From Camelus dromedarius (Eukaryota), in contig NC_087452.1 in the NCBI RefSeq assembly GCF_036321535.1, positions 868,001 through 932,000 of the forward strand: a DNA stretch of 64,000 nt, read 5' to 3'. Position 1 is the stretch's first letter. Each line of letters starts with the position of its first letter. The translations under genes and the position numbers were made by a program. Positions 1 to 12,707 of the stretch are shown here, in pieces. Under the pieces are notes generated by a model that did no database searches, was not told the origin of the DNA, and was given only the letters and a program-made list of their open reading frames with translations.

Positions 1-1262
1 CAGCGGATGGGCTCAGCACCAGCAGGAGGGGGCAGAGGAATGAACTGTGAACTTAAACAGAAAATGATAAAAATCTGCTCATCTGAGCAACAGAAAAACA
101 CCGACTTAAAAAAATGAGCAGAATCTCAAGGCCCTGAGGAACTACAGAGAAAGAGTTATCATTTATGTGATCAGAATCCCAGAAAGAAAGACGAGGTGGG
201 ACTGGAAAAGTTTTCAAAGAAACACTGGCTTAAAAATTCCCAAATTTGGCAAGAGACCTAAGTAGACAGATTCAGGAAGCTGAGAAAACCCCAAAAAGGA
301 TAAACCAAAGGAAGCTGTGCTGAGATGCAGCATAGCAAAACTTCTGAAAACCAGACAAGGAAAAGAATCTTGAAAGTAGTAAGAGAAACGACATCTTAGG
401 TGCAAGAGAAAACCAATTTGATTGACAGCCGATCTCTCCTCAGAAGCCGTGGAGACTATCAGGAAATGGCAAACATTTTTCAAGTGCTGGAAGAAATGTC
501 AGCCCGAACTCTTATATCCGGTGAAAATATCCTTCAGGAATGAAGAATAAATCAAGACATTATCCGAAGAAAGAAAACAGACAATTTGTCACCATCAGAT
601 CTACCCTAAAGGAATTATTAAAAGAAGTTCTCTAAACAAAAAGAAAATGACAAAAGAAGGAATCTTGGAACAGCAAGAACACAGCAAAAAAAAAAAAAAA
701 AACAAAACCAAAACTGGTAAATACAGTAGATTTCATCCCCTCCTAAGTTTTGTAAATTATGTTTGACCATTGAAGCAAAAATTACAACACTCTCTGATGT
801 GATTCTCAGTGTATACAGAGGAAACATTTAAGACAATTATAGTATAAATGGGAAGAGTACAGGACACTGAGGGACTTAAACTTCTGTATTTCACCCCAAC
901 TGATGAAATGTCAAATCAATAAACTGTGATAAATTGTACAATCACAATATATATCCAGAACACCACTAAAAAGTACACAAAGAGATACATTCAAAACCAC
1001 TGTATAGATCAGAATGACATTGTTTAAGGTTCAAGTAACACACCAGGAAGGCAGGAAAAAATAAAACAAATTTAAAACAGATAGAGCAAACAAAAGGCCA
1101 GAAAATAAAATGGCAGACTCAAACCCTAACATATCAGTAATTACATTAAATGTAAACAGTCTAATACATATCAATCAAGAAGCACGTGGGCACAGCAGGA
1201 AAAGACGCCTCAATTACATACACACTGTCTGCAGGACACGCACTCCAAACCTAAAGATACAG
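1..1262 (+). mobile_element. Old LINE-1 fragment (ORF1 end, inter-ORF region and ORF2 start), degenerate
   Basis: A-rich plus strand; ORF 1110-1298 begins MADSNPNISVITLNVNSL, like the L1 ORF2 endonuclease N-terminus (ISIITLNVNGLN); frames are broken. Confidence 0.85.
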
Positions 1263-1289
1263 GTAGGTGGAGAGGCAGAGGCCGGAAGA

Positions 1290-1990
1290 AGGCGGTGACA
1301 GCACCGCGCGCTGGTGAGGACGTGGACACCAGGAGCGCTCCCGTGTTGCTGGAAACAGCAGTTTGGCAGTTTCTTTAAAAACTAAATGCACATTTACCAA
1401 ACAACCCAGCAGTCCCACTCCTGGGCGTGTGTGCCAGAGAAGTAACCTCTTATGTCTGCACAAAAGCCTGCACTAATTGTTCATCAGGGCCTTATTTATA
1501 ATAGTCCAAACCGGGAACATCCCCACTGTCTGCTGAGGGGAGCGTTTGAGCAGAGGCAGCGCGCCCCCTCCAGCAAGCACCAGGAAGGAGCTGCCGCACC
1601 TGCAGCGCGTGGGTGGGTCTCGAGCATTCTGCTGGGCGAAGGAGGTCGCGTGCTCTGTGACCCACGCATATAAAATACTCGGAGTGACAAAGCTGTGGAC
1701 GGATGTGAGGTCAGTGGTGCCAGGGCTAGAAGCGCTGGGGGCAGGGCGGCTGTCACTGTGACTGTGACTGGTGGGGGAGGGCCTGTGTCCTGATGACCGT
1801 GGTGGTTACAGGAGTCTGCACCTGGTAGGGACGGCAGGCTGGATGCAGACGTCACAGCGGCGTCAGTGTGTGGCTCTGATGTCACGCGGCAGTAAGATGT
1901 TACCTCTGGGGAGACAGGAAGAAGGTGCAGCAGCTCCCTGGGAACTGCATTTCTTTCAAAATAAAATTGTGAAATTGTTCTCTTTGCTTT
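1290..1990 (+). mobile_element. Old L1M 3' fragment (ORF2 end and 3' UTR)
   Basis: ctggtgaggacgtgga...cagtttggcagtttctttaaaaactaaa...cccagcagtcccactcctggg resembles the L1M 3' consensus. Confidence 0.75.
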
Positions 1991-4900
1991 GATTGCATCC
2001 ACGCGAACTCGTAAGAATGCTGATCAGCAGAGTCCAAAGATTTGCATTTAGGTGAAAGGAATGTTACGGTGGAGTTGCTGTTTTGCTGTCTCTTACTTTG
2101 TCAGTCTGTCTAATAAGTAACTGTTAAATTGGAAGAAATTGGTTCCATTTGCTGTAAGTGCAGGGAAGTACTCACTCATCCATCCTGTAGCCATCTTCGG
2201 CAGTCCTCACCCGCTTCCCGGCCTGGGTCTCAGCCTCCCAGTTGTCAGGACGCTGCCAGCCCCGGAGGGAGGCCTGCCTGCCTGCCTCCCCCAGCCCTCC
2301 GGTGGTTTTGTGAGCCCCTGACTCCCTGCATCAGACCCTCCCCTGCTGGGAGGGAGGGCACCTTGCACACCCCACACCTGGGCAGGCATCACTGCAAAGC
2401 ACAAATCTGCCCGCACAGGTCAGTGCCCCGGTCTGCTTCGGGGCAGGAAGCCCTACTCCGGAGGCGCAGACCTGAGTGTCCCCTCGCCCAGCTTGGGGAC
2501 ATTCTGCTCAGGGTCAGGCCTCCGTCGGCAGAAGTGAACCCCACCAGGCAGTGCCCCAGCCCTCACATCCGCCTTGTCCTCACTCCCGCCCAGCGGAGGC
2601 CTCCCCAGTGGTGGGGGCATTGGGTGGGAGCAGAGCATGTTCTGTGAGCGCCAGCCCCAGGGGAAGGCAGGGTGGCTGGACAGAGGACTGCTCTGGCCAG
2701 TGATGGGGCCGAGGCCAGGAGCAGAGCTCTGCTCTGAGCGGGTCCGGAGTCCCTCCCCGTCCAGCACTGCCCTTCCATCACAGGGACCCACGTCTGTCCT
2801 GGAGGTCACTGGCTGACTCATTTGGGTCCTTCAGTTGCTAGGTGACAGGAACTGGGGGTGGGGGATGAGCAGGGAGCAGGGGAGGGTCGGTGGGCCCCAG
2901 AGTGGGGACCCCTGAATATCCAGACACAGGCGGAGACAACTAGCCACCTGCACGCAGCCCCACAGGCCCTGGGGACACACCCACACTCCTGGCAGACACC
3001 ACAGATCCCCACAGACATGCCCCCAGGTCACACCTATACCCATCACACCAAACCCAAACAATCAAAATACACCGCCCCCCCACCCCCACCCCCGCACAGT
3101 CACCAAGCTGCGGTGACAGGCAGGCTGAGTCAGACACAGCACGGATGCTGCCAGGCCAGGCTCTCCGTCAGTCACAGCCCAGCGCTCGGGGCAGGAAGGG
3201 GCCCTGGATGCTGATTGACCCAGGCCAGAGACACAAAAGGGACGCCCTGAAAGGTCACCTCCAGCCCTGTGCACTGTCCTGCCCTCCAGCTACACCCGAT
3301 CCCAGGTGTTATCTCCACCTGCGGGGCCACCTGCCACTGGAGGCCAGGGCCTGCCCCACGGTCGTGTCCCTCACGGGGGGACGCCTGGCCCAGCTCTCGC
3401 CACACCCGGCCTGGGCCTCACGGGAACCCTGGCCGCGTGCCCCAGACCCTGCAGTGAGGGAAGCAGCCTGGCCTGCCCTTGCGAATGGTTTAGTGGGAAA
3501 TGACCCCTCATCTGGTAGCAGGAGGCCTTACCAGTTGGGGTGCCCTGAGGGGTGGCTGCGGCAGAGGTGGGGCGTTCCAGCCATGTGCAGAGGTCCTGAG
3601 GAGGAGAGAATGGGGGCTCGAGGGCCAGGGCCGAGGCCAGCAAGCCGGTGTATGGTGAACAGGGAGGCTTGTCAGGGCCGAGGTGGGGGCAGGGCGAACC
3701 TGACAGGGCGCCACCTTTATTCTAAAAGCAGCGGGAGCCGTGACAGGGCCCAGGCCGGGGAGTGGTGTGGGTTCTGGGAGGAGGCCTGGCAGGGACCCCA
3801 GGGGAGACAGCAGGTTGGTGGAGACTGGGAGCGGGTGTGAGTCACCTGGGGCCGTGGGGTGGTGGGCCCGGCAGAGGGTGGGGTCCAGACAGAGGAGCAG
3901 GCCTCCCAGGGCCCCGGGATTCCAGCACAGACAACAGGCCCAGAAACACCCAGAACCAGTGGCAGGGCCACCGCACCCTGACCCCTCCCAGCCCCTGGCC
4001 CTGCAGGAGCCCCGCCCAGAAGGGGGAGCCTGGGGCCCACGGGGCAGGGGACGAGGCGTTTCGAGCCCCGCTGTATCGCTGCCCTTTGGGGCTGGAGGAA
4101 CGTTCGTAAAGGCGGGTGGACAGGCTGCCTCTGTCCTGTGCCATTGGCCACCAGCATGACGCCGTGGGCTCCAGGCTGAGGGCGTGGCCTCCGCCGGGCC
4201 CAGGAGGCAGGAGCCCGCCTGGCCTCTGCGCGAGCCCAGTACGCTCTGTCTCCAGGAGCTCATGCGAGTCGAGGAGATAAGGCACAAAATAATTAGTGAG
4301 CAGAGGGTATAATTAAGTGCTAAATTGTGTGTTTCAGACTCGCTGCGCTGCGGGAGTGTTGGGTGGGGGAGCCGTGCCAGGCTGAAGTGAGTGGCTGGGA
4401 GAGGGGGCTCGGCCCAGAGGGGCTACCATGCAGGGGGCGGGCTCCAGGTGGGGGCGGTAGCTGGGATGCAGACGAGGAGCCCCCACCTCGCAGGGGTCCT
4501 CCGGGCAGGCCCCGGGAGAGCTCGGTGGGCCTCAGCAGCCTGAGAAGGGGGGTTTCTAGGAGCACCCAAGGGGCCAGTCTGTGACCGGATCCCAGCACAG
4601 CCCTGAGGCTCTCCGGAGCTGGGAGCTCGGGGAGCCCTCCCTGTGCTGCCACAGGTCCTGAAGAACCAGGGCCAGGGGGCCAGAATCTTTCCAAGGGACT
4701 CACACAGACATAAGTTGGTGCTGGAGCAGAGGGGCTCGGGCTGGAAGGAAGACAGGGAGGCAGGGGCCCCCAGGCGGTCGGGCCAGACGCTGGAGCAGGG
4801 CAGCGAGTCCCCAGCACCGCGAGGGAGCCCGGCAGCTGGAGGCTCCCACTTGGCAGTGCTGTGTTTGCAGCCTGGCTTAGCGTGCCGCGGCCTGCTGAGC

Positions 4901-5119
4901 AAATATTGTGACAGGCCCCTCCTGCACCCAGGGACAGCGGCTGTCACCCAGGGCGGCCATCATGGGGGCCTCATTCCAGCGCCGAGGCAATGCACTCCAT
5001 CTAAGCAAACACCTGCTTTGCTGCGGCTGAAGGAGGCACAGGCGCAGGGCCACCTGGCTCGGGGACTGGGCTTCACCCGCTTGGGCAGGTGGCATGTGGC
5101 ACTCCGGCACGTGTGTGCC

Positions 5120-5290
5120 GTCCAACAGTGTCTGTTGAGCATGTGTTGTGTGTCAGGCAGGGTGCTGTCCCGGGGCCTGGGGAACACAGGAAACAAAGCA
5201 ACCAAGGCCCTGCCCTCGGGGAACTTACACCCTGATGGGGAGACTGACAGTAGGTAACAGCGCAAAGACAGAAAACCACCAGGTAAAGGG
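5120..5290 (-). mobile_element. L2 3' fragment
   Basis: ttgagcatgtgttgtgtgtcaggc...ccctgccctcggggaacttacaccctgatggggagac is L2-like. Confidence 0.6.
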
Positions 5291-7984
5291 CAGGGGACGT
5301 GGCAGGCGGTGGTGGGGAAGGTGGCTCTGAGACTTTGGGGCAGAGACCAAAAGGAAACTAAGGAGCTTCCAGTGTGGGGACCCCAGAGAACAGCATCCAA
5401 GCACCGGGAGCAGCACTTGCCAGGCCCTGGGGCCAGGCTCGCCCGGCACTTTCTGGGACTGACTGGGAGGGAGGTGAGAGTGGTTGAAGTGAGCAAGGCC
5501 GGGGGAGAGCTGGGCCGTGAGGGCTGAGGTGGAGGACAGATCTCGTGGGCTTTTCCTCTGAGGAAGGGGAGCCTGGAGGGCGGGTCTGACTCTGGGCTTC
5601 ACGAGCCCCCTCTCTGGCTGCTGTGGGCAGTCGGGGAGAGGCAGCAGGGGGGCGTGTGACAAGCCCAGGGACGGGGTGGGCGGGGGGTAAGGGTGGGGAG
5701 GGGAGAGAGGCCCGGCTTGCAGTGTGGGAGGCAGAGGTGGCAGATGCGGGGTGATGAAGCGGGAGCTGGGGAGACCCCACCAGGGCGTAAGTTCCTGATC
5801 TCCTCATTCATTCACTCATCCATACATTGAGTTTCTCTTCTCATTTTGGCGAGGAGGGAGTGGGAGGAGAAATGAAGAGTTCACTGCGGCATTAATTAAG
5901 CTCCAGGCCTCAACAGTGGGGTAACAGATAACTAAACTGTGGCTCAGCCAGACAATGAACCCGTGAGCCTGTCTGAAGTTCTGGTCTTTGGAGAGTTTCC
6001 AATCCATCCGTCCATCTTTCTCCCTGCCGTGCACAGCAGCCTGGGGCCCTGAGACGCAGCCCAGAGTGACCGCGGGGGAGCTGGCATGGCCCCTGACCAG
6101 CAGTACTGGCCCAGTCCCGAGAGGCCAGGGGCACCACAAACACAGTGGCACAGGTCTGGAGGAGAGTGGGAGGAGGGAGCCTGTGGGGCTGGCGTGCAAG
6201 AGCGTCGCGGGCTTGGACGCCATGCTGCAGGGCCCGAGGGGCCTGGATCACCCGGCTGAGGACGTGGACTTTGTCCTGAATCCCCCGCCCCCACCTCCAG
6301 CGGCCACTGAAGGACTGAGACCGCCCTCCCCCAGGTGGCCCTGCGGGTGGAGACTGGAGGGATGCGGCTGTGATGGGGAGGTGGGCCCTGGCCTGAGCTG
6401 GGGCAGGAAGAAGGCTCAGTCTGTCATACACCCAAGAGGGCAGAGGTTCCTGTGCCCCACAGCCCAGACCCCCTCCCCCACAGACTCCTCCCCACCTTGC
6501 CTCCTGAGCCTGTCCTAGCCCCTCTCTTCACTCAGCCCTGGTCCCAGCCTCACTGTGTGACTGTGGGCAGGCTTCCTGCCCTCTCTGAGCCTCCAGGGAA
6601 AGGCTGGACCCCAGGATCTGTCAATGGACCTGGTCTTAGACCGGCCAGCCCTAAATCCATGCTTCTCCCTGCTGGACCCAGCGGCGCCGTGAGAGCCGTG
6701 TCCACTGTGGTGGCACAGCTGAGCAGCCAATTTCAGCAGCTTTAAACAAAGCCTCCAGATGGACCTCGGCTGCTGGGGAGGCCGGCCGGCTGCTGCGCTG
6801 GCACGCGGGGCTTTCCACTAATTGGATCCCCAGGGAAGGAGGACAGCCCGCATCCTGAGCCAATTCATGCATCCATCCATTCATTCATTGAGAACCTATA
6901 TGAAGTGGCCAAGGGCACTGAGCTCGGCTCTCAGGACGCTGGGCTGAACAAGATAAAGTGCGGCCCAGAGGGAACTCACACGCCCCTGGGGCGGGGGACA
7001 GTAGGGCACAGGAAGAGGTGGGGTGCAGTCCGAGCCAGGCAGAGGCTGAAGTGCCAGGGCGTCATGTGGGGGGCCTGCTTCTCCAGGTGACACCTCAGCT
7101 GAGACCTGAGGCAAGAGGGAACCACAGTGTAGGAGGAGGGGGTCGAGGCAGAGGGGACAGCAGGTGCAAAGGCCAAGAGACTAACTGGAACGTGGGGGCT
7201 AGCCCTTGTGTGTGTGAGTGCGGCTGAGCTGGGCAGGCAGGGAGAGGCGGAAGGAGAGGAGGTTGGCCAGGGCAGCAGGTGCCTTCAGGTAGGGCCTGGT
7301 GGTTGTGGTGGGGGACCTTGGATTTTGTGTGGGGGAGAGCCTGCTGTGAGCCCCTCCTCTGCTGTGGTATGGACCAGTGACGTCACTCACCTGGGCACAG
7401 CCTCCCCCACAAGCCCCTCATTCCCACTGGCCCACATTATCCCCCTTCAGAACGGGGAGGGGAGATGCTGTGGCCTGGTGCGGCCCCCACCCTGAGTGCA
7501 TCATACTTGGCCTTGCCCCCCACCCAGCCACGGAGCATCTGAGGTCATCTCCTAGACGGCCTCTGGTTGGGTCCATGGGCGGTTCAGATGGGTCCCAGGT
7601 CAGGTGGTCCAGCCTCTCCCTGTGCCCTTACTTAGGGGCACGCACACTAGGGGTTCTCTGTGGGAATAATAGCCCCCCGCCTCACCCCCTGATTCCACGA
7701 CTGCCTGCTCTCGTCCCTGCCCCAGACACCCACCTTTGGCTTTCAGAATGTGGCTTCAGAGGCCCTCACAGCCAGAGACCCCGTACAGGGCCGTGTCCTG
7801 AGGGGACACCAGGAGCCATCAGTTAGTCGTGCCCAGAGTCCCCAAGGGACATGGTTAAGAAGTCGTTCTTTCCTAGAACCCTTGGCTCAGAGTGGCAGCT
7901 GTCTCTGTCTGTGAGCCATCCGCCCGCTGCAGCTGGCATCGGCATGCTCTCTGAGGCACCATGGTCTCAGGAGAGAAGCGGCTT

Positions 7985-8160
7985 GTCTCTGGATTCAAAC
8001 TCAGCCACCTGGGCTTCTGCTGTGTGACCTTGGGCAGGTGGCTTAACCTCTCTGAGGCTCCATTTCTCTGTCCGTAGAATGGAGAGGTGACTCGGGGTTA
8101 TTACGAGATCCCGTCAGATGAGTCGAGGAAAGCACTTGGCACACAAGAGGCGCTCGGTCA
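7985..8160 (+). mobile_element. MIR SINE
   Basis: MIR core: gctgtgtgaccttgggcaggtggcttaacctctctgag...aaagcacttggcaca. Confidence 0.75.
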
Positions 8161-8539
8161 GCGTGAGTGAGGCAGAGGGCTGTGGGCTGGCCTGCGTCCT
8201 CCTCTCCCAGGCTCGGGGCCAGGTCATGGCCTGGAGGCCAGCTTCCAGAGAAGGCCCGGCTCCAGGCCACTGGTCAGGGGTCCACTTGCCTGTGGGGCAG
8301 AGTCCCAGATTGAAGTCACCTTCCCTCCTGAGTTACTGAGGCCCTGCCAGGTGCCAAGCACCCGCGTCAGCTTTGGAGAGCCAGCCAGTGGAGACCAAGA
8401 CTGGGAGGGGCTGCCCTGGCCTTCTAGGTGTGTGTGTGGGGGGGTGGCGTGGGGGGGGGGTTGAGGGGAATAAAACGGGGCGTAGAACAGAAACATGCAT
8501 GTGGGAACTGGGCTCCTCCAGGCCCGGTGGTCAGACCTG

Positions 8540-9460
8540 CTGGGCAGGGCGGACACTGGTCGGGGGAGGGGTGCTGCGAAGGGCGCGGATGTGCCGACTC
8601 TGGGGAGGTACCGCGAGGGCGAGGTTTAGGGGGTGCCTCCAGGCTGCGCTGGAACAGGAGGAAGGGAGGTCGATGTGCGGTCCGGCAGGAGAGGTCGGCG
8701 GAGGAGGCGATGTCAGCCAGGCAGGCCCTCTGCCAGCCTGGAAGCCAAGGCGTCGGGGTTCTATTTTAAGGTGACGTGAGTCCCGGGAGGGTTCCAAGCC
8801 GAGCTCAGCGCTGGGCTTTCCGTTTCACAGCAAGGCCGGCCGGCCCCACTCCTGCCCTGGGTCTGGCTCCAAGCCCGCAGCTCCGGGCGAGAGAATGAAG
8901 TCGGAGGGAGGACCTGGGGCCCGGGGGAGGGGCGCGGGCCCGGGTCCGCATAGGATAGCAGGTGGGGTCGGGAGGTGGAGACCCAGGCCGTTGTCTGGGA
9001 TGGGGACACGGGCCGGGGGCGCCGGAAGGCGCAGCAGTGCGGCGCTCCTGCACGGGGCAGCAGCGCGCCTGCCCGGCGCGGGGCTCCAAGCTTTGGGTCC
9101 GTGGCCCCCAGTTCTGCCCGGCCCGCTGCAGCCCCGCAGCCCCGGGCGGGCCGAGCGCGCGGTGCCCGGTGCGACACCGCCCCCTGCCGGCCGTTCGTAG
9201 CATCGCGCCGCACGCCGGCTGCGGGGACAGAGCCGGGGGGTGAGGGGTTGGCGGGGGAGGGCGTAGCCAGGAGGCCGCACGTGGGCGCAGGACGTGGGAC
9301 CCCGCGGGGGCTGCGAGGCCGAGCGCGGAGAGGGGAGCCCGGTCACCTTGGACAGCCCCTCCTGCCCTGGATCTCGCTTCACAGCAGGACAGGCCAAGAT
9401 CACCCAGTGGGAGTGGCGGTCCTGCCTGGGCCCTCCGGAGGCGCTGTGCACGCAGGTCTC
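8540..9460. promoter_or_regulatory. Orphan CpG island
   Basis: Dense CpG and very high GC over about 0.9 kb; no recognisable coding exon; gtgacgtgagtc motif near 8771. Confidence 0.7.
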
Positions 9461-9699
9461 CGGCTGCACAACCTCTGAGCCTATTTCCTCGCCTGTAAAA
9501 CAGGGTCCTCAGACCCTACCAGGCTTGGTGTCTTCACCTCTCAGACCATTAACCCTCAGCAGGAACAGTGCAGGTGCCAGATCTTCCAGCAATTTCTAGA
9601 TGGTTTTCATCTAAATCTTTTTCCTTCATTTCCTCTTAGATCTGGAGTCAAACGTAAGTAACAGGGAACCACGGGGTCTGATGTGTAAAAATCATGTTG

Positions 9700-9838
9700 T
9701 TTTTCAAATTGCAGTGTAGTCAGTTCACAGTGTTGTGTCAGTTTCTGGTGCACAGCACAACAGTTCAGTCATACATGGATTTATTTTCATATATTCATGT
9801 ATTCATTTTCATATTCTTTTTCATTATGGCTTACTAGA
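9700..9838 (-). mobile_element. Short L1 3' end fragment
   Basis: gtgttgtgtcagtttctggtgcacagcac...ttcagtcatacat...ttttcatattctttttcattat resembles an antisense L1 3' terminus; a similar piece lies at 51903-52062. Confidence 0.6.
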
Positions 9839-9934
9839 TCATGATTTTTGAGAAGCAGGGCCCTCCAAAAGTCATTTTTAGCTATGTTTAGTCATTTAAA
9901 AAGATGTCCAAACAACTGTCTTAAATTTTAAAAT

Positions 9935-10700
9935 ACACTTAAAGCAAAAGAAAAAAGTCAAAAGGTAAATGGCAAACTGGAGGAAATATTTGCAACTCAC
10001 ATAATAAAAGGATACAGGAGTCAGCAAACCTCTCCTGTAAAGGACCGGACGGTAAACACACCCGGCCCTCAGTGCAAGCCCCTGCTCGGCTTTGCTATCC
10101 TAGCTCACGGCAACCACAGACGATGCGCCTGGCTGTGCCCCCGTAGAATTTTACTTACAAAAAATGATAAGTCAGTGGGCCTGATCCAACCCACAAGCCA
10201 TAGTTTGGTCTAATTTAACCAATCTAGAAGGAGCTCCTAGAGCTCTTTCAAGTCAAGAAAAGATAAGTGAATTTTAAAAAAGGCTGAGAACATGAACAGA
10301 CAGTTTTTAAAAAGGAAACTCAAAAGGCCCTGGACAAGCGTGCCAGATGCCCGAGTTCACATGCGATGAGAGAAGTCGAGATACCCCCGCCCGTTAGAAC
10401 GCACCTCCATCGGGTGCAGACACAGGTCCCTGCCGTGTCCCTGGTGGGAATGCTCACAGGCACCCTCGGTTGGGGGGGGACGCTGTCTGTCCATCAGTGT
10501 TCCCCTCCCAGCCAGCAACCCCACCACCTAGCCTGGGCCCTGCAGGCATAGCCGGGTACCACGGAGTGACATGTTGCCAAAGTTACATCCAGGGAGCCAC
10601 CGTTGCTGTGTCTGTGGTGTGAAATCACAGTCCCAGAATCTCTGCCTTGTGCGCGCGGGGGACCAGCACACGGCTCTTTAATGGCCAAGAGGAGGCTCGG
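9935..10700 (+). mobile_element. Old L1M fragments interrupted by a hAT-type MITE (about 10017-10207)
   Basis: aaatggcaaactggaggaaatatttgcaactcaca is L1-like; gagtcagcaaac...tgtaaaggacc...catagtttg is MER5/MER58-like. Confidence 0.55.
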
Positions 10701-11869
10701 TGGCAGATACGGGGAAGTCTGCGGGCAGGCAGACGTTCAGGAAAAGACCAACGTGCAGAGCTGGGTGTGGGAGTAAGATGCCTATTTGTATGTGTTTGTG
10801 CTCGTGTGGGATCCCTAAGAAACCGTACGCGTGCTCGCGTGTCTGGGGAGAGGCGGCAGGTGCCGGGAGGAAAGAACTCTCGATACCGATCACTGTTCCT
10901 CTGAAACGCTGGGACAGTATGCTTTCTATCCAGAGATTTTAAGCTTTAAAATCAATGTGTGTGGCTTTGATGGAGCAAGGGGAAGAAGCAAGTGCAGAAG
11001 GGTGTATAGAACACGCCACAGTTTGTGCAGGAAAGCCACGTTCCCTTGTGTGTGGAGTGTCTTTAGAAGGACAACCTTCTCCCCGCAAAACGCGGCCGCC
11101 GGGGGTCTCTGGGGGAGCACGGGCCGGGGGCTGGAGGGGACTCGGCCTTCAGTGTTGATCCGTTTGGATGGTTGGATTATTGTTTTTTTTTAACTGTATA
11201 CATGTTTTGAAGTTTTCAAATCAAAAGAAAAGGTGAATGAGACCCTACAAGCCGCTCCCCAGGCTGCGCCACAAGCTGGACTCTGTCCTGGTGCGCGCAC
11301 ACGGCCAGGAAGCACCACTGCACCTCCCTTCACAGCTGAGGCGGCCTGGGGAGGTGAGTGCCTGGCCCAGCCTCACAGCCTGGCAGGCATGCTGCCCACT
11401 GAGTCCCCAGGACAGCCCCCAGGCCCCCTGGAGGACACAGGCCTGGCCCCACCCTGCTCAACACTAGAGTTCCTTCTGTAAAATCCTCTCAACGGGTCGC
11501 CCAGCCTTTGCTTGAATACTGCCCAGGACAGGAAACTCGCCACCTTACAAGGAGGGCATTCCAAGGCCAGAGGGTCCGGTGGAAGGGCTCAGCAGGTGTG
11601 TTCCCGACCCCCGGCTCTGCCCTGGGGCCACCGGCTCCTTCTGGTGGGGAAGTCACAGGGCACACCCCAAAGATCAGGGCCCCTGGGGCTGTGCTGCAGG
11701 CTGAGCAGTCCTGGTTTCCCCATTGTGTGAGTGGCTCAGGTAAGTCCCTTTCCCTCTGGGCACAGTATGGATAACAGCCCCTTCCACAAGACTGCTCTGA
11801 GCGTCCCAGGAGTGGAACCAGCATGCAGGCCCTGGCCTGTTGCTCCTAACTCCTTCTGACGCCAAGCTT

Positions 11870-12240
11870 TGGCCATGTTAATCTCTGGTCTTGCCTGAAG
11901 TCGCCAGGCTTGGGCATACCTCAGGGCCTTTGCACTCCCTGCTCCTGCTCTAGGGAAAACTCTGCCTGCACCTTCCCATCCCCCGTTTCTTGGTGGAAAT
12001 GTTACCTCCTCAGAGAGGCCTGACCACTCCAGCTGATGGCCTTGCCCATCTGTTCCCTCTCCTGTCTTCCCACTTCATTCTGGAAGCATCTTGTGTATCT
12101 GTGTATCATCTGTCTCCACTGGTGGAACCTGAGCTCCAGAGGAGACAGGTACCTTGTGGCTCTCGTTCACGGTTGGATCCCAGGGCCCAGGGTGGTGCCT
12201 GGCGTATGATGGGTGTTCGACTCACGAGTGTGTGGATGAA
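11870..12240 (+). mobile_element. L2 3' fragment
   Basis: ctcagggcctttgcact...gagctccagagg...gtgcctggcgtatgatgggtgttcgactcacgagtgtgtggatgaa. Confidence 0.75.
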
Positions 12241-12707
12241 CGCAGGGCCTGCGGCTCCGCACTGCAGGGCCGGGCCAGGAGGGGCCGCCTGCCCGCAGGG
12301 CCTCGGGTCTCGGGGCCCATCTCTGGGGTCTGCCACCAGCCCCGCCCTTTCACCCCTCTGCTCGCCCCCCACCACACAGGGCAGGGGTGAGGCCGAGAGG
12401 CCACCCTCCCAGAGAAACATCAGGGCTCCCAATTCCATTCTGAACAGTGTAATTGCCTAATTGCTCTGCTCCTTGGTGCGGTTTGTTCACAGAGGCGGCT
12501 GTGCAGCAGTCAGGCCAGCCTAGCAGAAAATTGGCATCTCAGCTGGAGAGAACTAGGGAGGCAGAGCGTGGAGCCGCCACCCCTCCCGCCGCCCCAGCGC
12601 CGAACCCCGGTGCCCGGGCCCGCGTGGGGCTAACCTGAGCACGAGTGCGCTTCCTTCCTCTTTATGTCTGAATCGTGCCTCCGAACAGGCAGCACATACA
12701 AATAATG

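Noticed and set aside
1110-1298. ORF resembling an endonuclease N-terminus
   Set aside because: Broken L1 ORF2 start, not a host gene
2100-9500. Many 100-260 aa ORFs on both strands (e.g. 3145-3840, 3508-4287, 8825-9469)
   Set aside because: Pro/Gly/Arg/Ala-rich, overlapping in all frames, no recognisable domain; expected from stop-poor GC-rich DNA
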